A DNA stretch of 64,000 nt from an uncultured bacterium (lineage in GTDB: Bacteria > Fidelibacterota > Marinisomatia > Marinisomatales > J089): assembly GCA_964535735.1 (NCBI GenBank), contig CAZHTM010000001.1:89369-153368 (forward strand). The letters run 5' to 3'. The notes beneath the pieces are model-generated. The model worked only from the letters and a program-made list of their open reading frames with translations. It was not told the origin of the DNA and searched no databases. A program made the position numbers and the translations under genes. Each line of letters begins with the position of its first letter. Positions within the stretch are counted from its first letter, which is position 1. Of the stretch, positions 15,755 to 23,833 are shown piece after piece.

Positions 15755-18127
15755 ATGACTTTGACCCGATTTGTTTTAAAACGTCCCGTATTAATCGTGG
15801 GAATTGTTGGTCTGGTTACAGTGCTGTTTTTGCTTCAGATGAAGCATCTCACAATGGATCCGGATATCACCAGCGCCTTACCGAAAAAAATCCCGGCCAA
15901 ACGACTTTATGATCGCATGACGGAGATCTTTCCCACCAAGGAATTTATTTTTCTTGGCATTCAAGGAACGGACATTTTTTCCCCGCAACATTTGCAAGAT
16001 GTTTGGACGTTAACCCAATCGCTGGAACAAGAACCGGAAATTTACAAGGTGATGTCGCCGATGAATGTGAGCATTATTCGGGGAACCGAAGAGGGAATGA
16101 TTGTGGAAGACATTCTGGACGCGCCACCGAAATCAGCTCAGGATATCCAGCGATTTAAAAGTCGACTATTCAACAGTGATTTGGCGTTAGGCAATCTCAT
16201 TTCTCGGGATTCCACAATGTTTGGTATGATGCTGCTGTTAAAGAACACTACGGATGTGGATGACTTTGTTGAGCACTTTATACCCAAGGTGAAAGACTGG
16301 GATAATCAGATGGATCTGAACTTAATCCTGGCAGGAAAACCGGTCGTGAGTCATTATGTTGGTTTAGGAATGCAGCGGGATATGTCCACCTTTTTTATGG
16401 GTGGATTAGGCGTGATCTTTGTGTTATTGCTCATTATTTTCAAAAATCTTAGAGGAATTCTTTTACCCTTGAGTGTGGTTATCCTTTCGGTTATTTGGAC
16501 CATGGGAACCATGGCAATTTTGGGCGTGCCCATGTCGCACTCCACAGAAATCCTGCCCATATTAATTATGGCCATCGCGGTCGCGGATAGTATTCATATC
16601 GTGACCCATTATTATGGCAATGCCCGGAAAATTAAGGATAAGATTGAGCTCACCCGGGCGACCATGGCGGATATGATTTCTCCAGTGATCATGACGTCTT
16701 TGACGACCATGGCGGGATTCTTAGCCTTGGGTACAACCGGCGTCGAATCAATCATGACGCTGGGAATCTTTACATCAGTGGGCGTATTGTATGCCCTCCT
16801 GATCAGTCTCACATTCGTTCCAGCCTGGCTTCGTCTTTTGCCTATTCCGAAACGACTCCAGGCACAGAAAGATGCATCTACAACAGCGCGATTGATGATA
16901 AACTGGGGAAGGGTGTTAAACCAGAATAAACGAGTATTAATTCCGTTTATGATCGTGGTTCTGCTACTGAGTACCTGGGGCTTCAGTCGTCTGAAACATT
17001 CGTTCAGTTCTATCGGGAATTTCCCAGAAGATCACCCAGTCCGAATTGCTCATCAATTAATCAACGACCATTTTGCCGGCACCAATGCTTTTCAGGTCAT
17101 GGTGGAGGGGAAAGAACCGGGCCAAATCAAAGACCCACGGATTTTACGGGATATGGACGGTTTAAAATCGCTTGCCTTACGTCAACCCCATGTAGGATCG
17201 GTTCAATCCCTGGCGGACTTTATCAAACGTATTAACAAAGTACTCCATGAGGATGAGGAGGCATATAATGTCATTCCTAACGATCAGGAAGTGGTGAGCT
17301 ATACGGATTATATTGAGCAGGACGGGGGATGGACAGAGGTGATGGTTCAGGACACCATTCCAGGAAAAGAACTGGTTGCCCAATATCTCACGTTGTATGA
17401 AATGTCGGGGAAACCGGATGACATGGCCAATTTGGTGGACTATAAATACCAGCATGCCAAACTTACTATCCTCATGGATTCTGATGATCAAGCCACGCTA
17501 CGAACCATTGACCGGGTTTTGGATGGTTATATCGACACCCATTTCTCCGATGCGGATGTGGCCGTGACTGGGATGGCGAAGTTGATTTTGGTAGTGGATA
17601 ATTTGATTGTTTCCGGTCAGATCACCAGCATTCTTGTATCCCTATTCCTGGTCTGGTTATTGACCTCATTTATGTTTAAGTCGCCCATAGTGGGATTATT
17701 CAATGCGGTGCCTCTGTTCTTTTCCATTTTGTTAAACTTTATGATTATGGGACTTTCAGGGATTAGGGTTAACCTTGAAACGATGGTTACATCCAGTATT
17801 GCTATTGGAGTTGGAGTCGATTATGCCATTCATTTTATTTATCGATATCGGTTGAAACTGGAGCAGTCCGGTTCCTATGAACAGGCCGTGGTTGATACGA
17901 TGGAAGATTCGGGACTGGCTATTGCGTTTAACAGTTTTGTGGTGGCTGCTGGGTTTGCCGTCATTGCATTATCCCAATTTGTGGCCATCATGGAGATGGG
18001 TGTCCTCATCACCTTAACGATGGCGACTTCGGCCTTTGGTGCGTTGACGGTTTTACCGTTGGTTTTCGTGAATTACCAACCAAAAGCGCTGAAATTGAAA
18101 TCTTCCCAATCAAAGGAAACCAAGTAA
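15755..18127 (+). CDS. MMPL/RND-superfamily exporter (COG1033-type, two 6-TM halves)
   Basis: 790 aa with duplicated TM bundles, each preceded by a large periplasmic loop. Conserved AVADSIH and GVGVDYAIHF motifs. Starts 2 nt after the TetR stop. Confidence 0.85.
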   Translation: MTLTRFVLKRPVLIVGIVGLVTVLFLLQMKHLTMDPDITSALPKKIPAKRLYDRMTEIFPTKEFIFLGIQGTDIFSPQHLQDVWTLTQSLEQEPEIYKVMSPMNVSIIRGTEEGMIVEDILDAPPKSAQDIQRFKSRLFNSDLALGNLISRDSTMFGMMLLLKNTTDVDDFVEHFIPKVKDWDNQMDLNLILAGKPVVSHYVGLGMQRDMSTFFMGGLGVIFVLLLIIFKNLRGILLPLSVVILSVIWTMGTMAILGVPMSHSTEILPILIMAIAVADSIHIVTHYYGNARKIKDKIELTRATMADMISPVIMTSLTTMAGFLALGTTGVESIMTLGIFTSVGVLYALLISLTFVPAWLRLLPIPKRLQAQKDASTTARLMINWGRVLNQNKRVLIPFMIVVLLLSTWGFSRLKHSFSSIGNFPEDHPVRIAHQLINDHFAGTNAFQVMVEGKEPGQIKDPRILRDMDGLKSLALRQPHVGSVQSLADFIKRINKVLHEDEEAYNVIPNDQEVVSYTDYIEQDGGWTEVMVQDTIPGKELVAQYLTLYEMSGKPDDMANLVDYKYQHAKLTILMDSDDQATLRTIDRVLDGYIDTHFSDADVAVTGMAKLILVVDNLIVSGQITSILVSLFLVWLLTSFMFKSPIVGLFNAVPLFFSILLNFMIMGLSGIRVNLETMVTSSIAIGVGVDYAIHFIYRYRLKLEQSGSYEQAVVDTMEDSGLAIAFNSFVVAAGFAVIALSQFVAIMEMGVLITLTMATSAFGALTVLPLVFVNYQPKALKLKSSQSKETK

Positions 18128-18897
18128 TGCGATTCTTCACTGTGATTCTGGCTTTGTCCGGACTAATGATGGCTCAGGATTTAACGGGCTACGACATTAT
18201 GTATCGGGCGCTCAATAAAAAATCCTGGCAGGATATGAAAGCCGACCTTACCCTGACCATGGTGAATGCCCGTGGCGAGGAACGGGTGCGGCAGATCGCT
18301 TTTTATTCCTCGGATAACGCTCAGGGATTAAACCGGATGCTGATGCGATTTATGGCTCCTGCTGATGTGCGCGGGACAGGATTTCTCACCCTGGAAACCT
18401 CCTCCGGCGATGATGAGCGATATCTCTACCTTCCGGCGTTACGCCGGGTCAAAAAAATTGCCGCCAGTGGGAGCGGCGGAAACTTTATGTCCAGTGATTT
18501 TACGTATTATGATATCGGTAAACCAAAATTGGAGGATTGGACGTACACCCTGTTAGGAGAGGAAAAGGTTCAAGGCAAAACGTGCTATAAAATTGAGTGT
18601 CTTCCCATTGATAAACAGGTTTTGAATGATACCGGATATGGAAAAATTATTCGCTGGGTAGAAAAAGAACGTTTAAATACTGTTCAAAGCATCTATTATG
18701 ATAAAAGTCTCGAAGAGTGGAAGCATCTGACGGTCAATCAAACGTTGGAAATTAAAGACATCGATTTTGCTACAGATATGGTGATGGAGGATATTCAAAT
18801 CCAACATCGCAGTCAAATGGTGTTCTCTAACGTGGACGTTGACACCAATATTCCCGACACTTTTTTCAGTATCCGGTATTTGCAACGGGGTCGTTAG
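18127..18897 (+). CDS. outer-membrane lipoprotein-sorting (LolA-like) periplasmic protein
   Basis: Signal peptide plus text typical of the LolA-like partner of COG1033 exporters (YLYLPALRRVKKIAASG...FMSSDFTYYD). TAATG overlap with the exporter gene. Confidence 0.7.
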   Translation: MRFFTVILALSGLMMAQDLTGYDIMYRALNKKSWQDMKADLTLTMVNARGEERVRQIAFYSSDNAQGLNRMLMRFMAPADVRGTGFLTLETSSGDDERYLYLPALRRVKKIAASGSGGNFMSSDFTYYDIGKPKLEDWTYTLLGEEKVQGKTCYKIECLPIDKQVLNDTGYGKIIRWVEKERLNTVQSIYYDKSLEEWKHLTVNQTLEIKDIDFATDMVMEDIQIQHRSQMVFSNVDVDTNIPDTFFSIRYLQRGR

Positions 18898-20138
18898 TGA
18901 AATGGTGGCGTAAAACCGTTGGGCTCATTGTCCTGACCGTCATGGTGTCTGGTCAGTCCTCTTTTGGGGGATACATGAAGGGCTTGGGTTACTATAATCC
19001 TCATTCCGCGTCCTTTGCACGGTTAGGTACCCGATTCCAGGCCCGATGGAGCAATGATAATGGTCGTTCAGGATATTTTGCCGCCTTGAATTTCGAATCT
19101 GATTTTGCTACGATTGCGCAGGATTCTGCAAACCGGAGCCTGTCGACGCCTGATATGCACATAACGCCCGTGGAATTTTATATGGATTATCATTTCTCAT
19201 CGGCTGATTTACGAGTGGGGCAGCAATTCATTTTTTGGGGCGCCACTGATTGGGTGAATCCCACCGATGTTATCAATCCCTGGGATTTTGAGAATCTTTC
19301 CAGTGAAACGGAAGACTATCGAATTCCGGTCCTGGCCGGTTCTCTGATGATGTATTTGGGAAATTATACAATTCAGGCTGTCCTGGTGCCGGCGTTTACC
19401 GCCACAGTAATTCCCATACCACAAGGGACGCATTTGTACCGACCTCCGGTGGACAAAGATCATCTTCAGGGAGGAATCCGGATTCAGAGTTTCGTGGGTG
19501 CCACCGATGTATCGTTCGCCTATTTTTCTGGATTTAATCATTTACCGACATTCCGGTTTACGGGGATGGATTTTTCAACCGGTACGCCGTTCCCAACCTT
19601 TAAGGCCACTTATTCTCGTCAACAGATGGTGGGCGTGGACTTTGTGCGCACGGTAAATCAATTTGCCCTGAAAGGAGAATCCGCATGGCTCATTACACCC
19701 GATAAAAATGGGACCGATATTTTTGAGGACAACGCTTCGGTTGAAACCGTGTTGGGGATGGATTACATCGCGTCGGAAAATTTCAGCCTTAATTTCCAAT
19801 ATATTAACCATACCCTTCTAAAATATTCGCAATCGGAAGAACAAGACCGAATCGATCAAGCCGGTATGACCGGACATTTGATCCCTCCTGAGAAAATGAC
19901 TCATTCCTTCAGTGGCAGACTGGCCTGGGATCCATTTCCCTACATTACCAGTCAGGTAATCGGTGTGTATCATTTGAAAGACCGGGATTCCTTCCTGCTG
20001 GGTTTCTTATCATGGCAACCGCGGGACGCCGTCTCGGTGACGGTTGGGACGGTAATTTTTTCGGGATCGGAATCATCGGAATACGGCCGTCTTGATAATG
20101 AAGATTTGATATTTCTGGAAATTAAACAGTCCTTTTAA
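18897..20138 (+). CDS. probable outer-membrane beta-barrel protein (DUF1302-like partner)
   Basis: GTG start overlapping the upstream stop. Signal peptide, alternating beta-strand pattern, C-terminal ...LEIKQSF (terminal aromatic residue). Confidence 0.5.
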   Translation: MKWWRKTVGLIVLTVMVSGQSSFGGYMKGLGYYNPHSASFARLGTRFQARWSNDNGRSGYFAALNFESDFATIAQDSANRSLSTPDMHITPVEFYMDYHFSSADLRVGQQFIFWGATDWVNPTDVINPWDFENLSSETEDYRIPVLAGSLMMYLGNYTIQAVLVPAFTATVIPIPQGTHLYRPPVDKDHLQGGIRIQSFVGATDVSFAYFSGFNHLPTFRFTGMDFSTGTPFPTFKATYSRQQMVGVDFVRTVNQFALKGESAWLITPDKNGTDIFEDNASVETVLGMDYIASENFSLNFQYINHTLLKYSQSEEQDRIDQAGMTGHLIPPEKMTHSFSGRLAWDPFPYITSQVIGVYHLKDRDSFLLGFLSWQPRDAVSVTVGTVIFSGSESSEYGRLDNEDLIFLEIKQSF

Positions 20139-20218
20139 GTCCATGAAAAGGGCGTTAATTTTCCTGTGGAGTGGGGCAGATAAGTCCCACCTATTTTCTT
20201 TACAAAGGTTGTGAATAC

Positions 20219-21088
20219 ATGAAGGTAGTGCATCGAATTTTAATCATTATTATGGCTCTAGTTGTCGCCGGAGCGATCGTTTGGTCACTGGATAATGCCG
20301 GGAGTTATTATCTGGCTTCAAGTTTGGAACGGCCTCACATGGAGGCGCATAAACTATGGAAACCGGGTGGGCTCTATGGTCACGGGTTAGGCATTATCGG
20401 ATCTTTGATGATCATGCTATTACTCACATACTCAGCACGAAAGCGAATTCGTCGATTTCGGCGCTGGGGTAGGCTGCCAAACTGGTTAAACTATCACATC
20501 TTTTTAGGTATTTCAGGACCATTACTGATTACCCTTCACACATCCTTCAAATTTGGCGGTTTGGTTTCTATTTCTTATTGGTCGATGATGGCGGTGATGC
20601 TGAGCGGGTTTATCGGGCGATATATTTACGTGAAAATTCCCCGGAAAATAAACGGTGAGGAAATGACCCGAAAAGAATTTGAAGCTCATAATGAAGAATT
20701 AAAGGCTCAGTTGGTACAACAATTTCAATTGTCCGCGAATCAGTTAGCCTTGGTTGAGAAAATCGGTGGGGTGGATAAAATAAAGGAACGTGGTCTCCTG
20801 GGAATATTCACTTTTTTCATTATGGATTTATTTAATTGGATTACTCTTAGACGAATTAGCCATCTTGTTTTTAAATCCGCTTCTGTTCCGAAAAAACAGC
20901 GAAAAGAATTTCATCGTTTATTAAGTCAGCGGGTCAAGAGTTCTCGACGGATTGCCTTTCTCCAGGCCGCACAAAAATTATTCCACTATTGGCATGTTAT
21001 TCATAAACCCTTTGCCTATACAATGATTGTGATCATGATTATTCACGTGGCAATGGCCATTACGCTTGGGTATACGTGGATTTTTTAA
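20219..21088 (+). CDS. integral membrane protein, predicted di-haem b (ferric-reductase/NOX-like transmembrane electron carrier)
   Basis: Two TM helices each carry an H-x13-H pair: YHIFLGISGPLLITLH (His codons 20495 and 20537) and IHKPFAYTMIVIMIIH (21002 and 21044). ATG 20219 is preferred over 20171. Confidence 0.5.
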   Translation: MKVVHRILIIIMALVVAGAIVWSLDNAGSYYLASSLERPHMEAHKLWKPGGLYGHGLGIIGSLMIMLLLTYSARKRIRRFRRWGRLPNWLNYHIFLGISGPLLITLHTSFKFGGLVSISYWSMMAVMLSGFIGRYIYVKIPRKINGEEMTRKEFEAHNEELKAQLVQQFQLSANQLALVEKIGGVDKIKERGLLGIFTFFIMDLFNWITLRRISHLVFKSASVPKKQRKEFHRLLSQRVKSSRRIAFLQAAQKLFHYWHVIHKPFAYTMIVIMIIHVAMAITLGYTWIF

Positions 21089-21089
21089 C

Positions 21090-22403
21090 ATGACCATGGA
21101 CAGTATCATCACCTACGGCATCGGTCTGATTATTATTTTGATATTTTTAGTTCCCTACATAATAAGCATGCGAAAAAATGAAAGACGCACGAGGGAACGG
21201 TTGGCGGAGAGTCAATCCAAAGGACAGGCAAAGCCGCTTCTGCAGCATCCCATTATCAATCAATCGGTGTGTATCGGCTGTGGGATTTGCGTCACCAGTT
21301 GCCCGGAAGGGGACGTCCTGGGTTTGATTAATGGAAAAGCCACCATTATTCATGGGAGTCATTGTGTCGGTCATGGACTTTGTGCGGAGAATTGTCCCAT
21401 CGGGGCGATCGAGGTTGGATTGGGCGACATTAGCGAACGTGAAGATATTCCCCGTCTTACAGATCAATTCGAAACCAACATTCCTGGAATTTATATCGTA
21501 GGTGAATTAAGTGGCATGGCATTGATCCGCAATGCCATAACCCACGGAGTGACAGCCATGAATGCCATCGCTGAATCGCTAAACGGGGCACCGGGTTTGG
21601 ATACATCCGTAGCGATTATTGGCGCCGGACCTTCCGGTCTGTCCGCTGCTTTAAAAGCCAAAGAATTGGGCATTGATTTTCAAATTCTAGATCAAGATAA
21701 ACCTGGAGGGACGATCCTACAATATCCCCGGAAAAAACTGACCTTGGTCCAGCGAGTGACCATACCCCTCTATGGTGATTTAACCCGCGGGGAATATACA
21801 AAGGAAGAATTGCTGGATATTTGGGAGTCGATGATTGAAAAGAATGCCATTGATTTGAAGACGGGACACAAACTGCTGGGTGTGGAACGAAATGATACCG
21901 GTTTTAAGATAAAAACATCCAAAGGGGAGTTGACCGCGGAGAAAGTGATCTTAGCCCTGGGACGGCGGGGTACACCGCGGAAATTGAATGTCCCTGGTGA
22001 AGATTTGGGCAAAGTGATGTATAAACTCATGGATGCGGAAACCTATAAGAACAATCACATTCTTGTAGTGGGAGGCGGCGATAGCGCCATCGAGGCAGCA
22101 ATTGGATTGGCCAGCCAAGCCGGGAACACGGTAACCATCTCGTATCGAAAAGAGCATTTCTTTCGTCTCAAAGCGCGAAATGAAAAAAATATTGAGCTCT
22201 TCATGAATGAGAAGAAATTGGATGTTATCTTCTCCTCGAATGTGAAGGAGATTACTCCGGATTCAGTCAGTGTAGCCATCGGCGAAGAGGTCAAAACGAT
22301 ACCCAATGATTACGTCTTTATTTTTGCAGGTGGTGAATTACCCTTCCCCTTATTGGATTCCATCGGGATTGATTTTGGCAAAAAAATCCGTGCGAAAGTG
22401 TGA
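21090..22403 (+). CDS. membrane-anchored 2x[4Fe-4S] ferredoxin-domain NAD(P)/FAD-dependent oxidoreductase
   Basis: N-terminal TM helix followed by RKNERRTRER. CIGCGICVTSCP and CVGHGLCAENCP. Rossmann motifs IIGAGPSGLSAA and VVGGGDSAIEAA. Starts 1 nt after the upstream stop. Confidence 0.75.
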   Translation: MTMDSIITYGIGLIIILIFLVPYIISMRKNERRTRERLAESQSKGQAKPLLQHPIINQSVCIGCGICVTSCPEGDVLGLINGKATIIHGSHCVGHGLCAENCPIGAIEVGLGDISEREDIPRLTDQFETNIPGIYIVGELSGMALIRNAITHGVTAMNAIAESLNGAPGLDTSVAIIGAGPSGLSAALKAKELGIDFQILDQDKPGGTILQYPRKKLTLVQRVTIPLYGDLTRGEYTKEELLDIWESMIEKNAIDLKTGHKLLGVERNDTGFKIKTSKGELTAEKVILALGRRGTPRKLNVPGEDLGKVMYKLMDAETYKNNHILVVGGGDSAIEAAIGLASQAGNTVTISYRKEHFFRLKARNEKNIELFMNEKKLDVIFSSNVKEITPDSVSVAIGEEVKTIPNDYVFIFAGGELPFPLLDSIGIDFGKKIRAKV

Positions 22404-22404
22404 G

Positions 22405-23817
22405 ATGATGAAAAAAACTCTGTTTTTCTGTCTCTGTTTATTCGTTCCCTGGCAAGTCTTTGGCCAGTTTAGTCCCGGTAAATTATCCCGGTATCATGCG
22501 GAGTTGGAGGGTACATCCAATTGTATTCAATGCCATGATATAGGGAAGAAGGAAGTCTCGGATGGTTGTCAAAAATGCCATACTCCTTTATTAAAACGGA
22601 TTAAGGAAAAGACAGGATATCATGCGGATAAGGCCGATGGATGTAAAGATTGCCATTCCGACCATAACGGAAGAGAATTTGAATTGGTGTATTGGCCTAA
22701 GAACATTAAAAACTTTAATCACAACGAAACCGGATACACACTTTCAGGGAAACACCGGGATGCGAAATGTCGTGATTGTCACCAGCCAAAATATATTCAG
22801 GATAAGGAATTAATAAAATGGGCGGGTGAACATCCTCAGTTTAATATCATGGATCGAACATTTTTAGGATTGGGGACGGAATGTCTGACCTGCCATGAGG
22901 ATGTGCACAGGGATGAAGTATCCGATGACTGCACAAAATGCCATAATACATTTGATTGGAAAAAAGCCGCCGACGAATTTGATCATAACCAGGCGCGTTT
23001 TCTGTTGACCGGTGCTCACGAAAAAGTGAAGTGTGGGAAATGCCATAAAATCCCTGACAATACAAAAAAAGTATGGCAATTAACAGGGATGGCCTTTGAT
23101 CAGTGCGGGCGGTGTCATGACGATGTACATAAGGGCAGTTTTGGATCAACCTGCGAACGGTGCCACACAACAGTGGATTGGAAAAAGAACCAGAAACGGT
23201 TCGATCACAACAGTACCAAGTATCCTCTAGTGGGAAAACATGTCAACGTAGCATGTCAGGATTGTCACACACCTCAATTGCAAGGAACCTTACCCAAATT
23301 TGATTTGTGTAGTCGCTGCCATGCTGACGAACATGATGGCCAGTTCCTGACACGAGCGGAAGGTGGTGAATGTTCTCAATGCCATACAGTGTATGCCTTT
23401 AAGCCCACGACCTTTACAATGTCCATGCATCAAGCCATTCGCTTTACATTGGAGGGCGCGCATCGTGCTGTACCCTGTATCGCCTGCCACAAACCGTACA
23501 TGAAAAAGGACGGAAATACAACAGTGAGATTTACGTGGACGAATCTCCAGTGCACTACCTGTCATAAAGATGAACACAGGAATCAATTTCAGGCGCATTT
23601 TAATAATTCCTGTGATAAATGTCATACAGTCATAACATTTTCACAGATTAACTTTGATCATCAGGCAACCACTTTTCCCTTGGATGGGAAACATCAAAAC
23701 GTCCCTTGCGAAAAATGTCACTTCAAAGAAACCGATTCAGTAGGAGAGTATATTCGATATTATCCAGTAGCCCATCGCTGTGTGGATTGTCACTCCATCA
23801 CCGATCAAATACAGTAA
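22405..23817 (+). CDS. multihaem c-type cytochrome, 17 CxxCH, built from c7-like trihaem units
   Basis: Signal peptide MMKKTLFFCLCLFVPWQVFG. 17 CxxCH counted in the translation. Repeated unit CxxCH-D-H...CxxCH...W...F-H....L-G-H....CxxCH. The ATG immediately follows the upstream TGA. Confidence 0.9.
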   Translation: MMKKTLFFCLCLFVPWQVFGQFSPGKLSRYHAELEGTSNCIQCHDIGKKEVSDGCQKCHTPLLKRIKEKTGYHADKADGCKDCHSDHNGREFELVYWPKNIKNFNHNETGYTLSGKHRDAKCRDCHQPKYIQDKELIKWAGEHPQFNIMDRTFLGLGTECLTCHEDVHRDEVSDDCTKCHNTFDWKKAADEFDHNQARFLLTGAHEKVKCGKCHKIPDNTKKVWQLTGMAFDQCGRCHDDVHKGSFGSTCERCHTTVDWKKNQKRFDHNSTKYPLVGKHVNVACQDCHTPQLQGTLPKFDLCSRCHADEHDGQFLTRAEGGECSQCHTVYAFKPTTFTMSMHQAIRFTLEGAHRAVPCIACHKPYMKKDGNTTVRFTWTNLQCTTCHKDEHRNQFQAHFNNSCDKCHTVITFSQINFDHQATTFPLDGKHQNVPCEKCHFKETDSVGEYIRYYPVAHRCVDCHSITDQIQ

Positions 23818-23833
23818 GGGATCAAAACCGACC

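Noticed and set aside
22306-22404. The ORF-track start at 22306 for the 17-haem cytochrome, and likewise 20171, 21066 and 23780 for its neighbours.
   Set aside because: These starts overlap the preceding genes by 23-98 nt, or add non-signal residues ahead of an obvious signal peptide or TM segment. The downstream starts (22405, 20219, 21090, GTG 23834) abut the upstream stops and expose proper N-termini.
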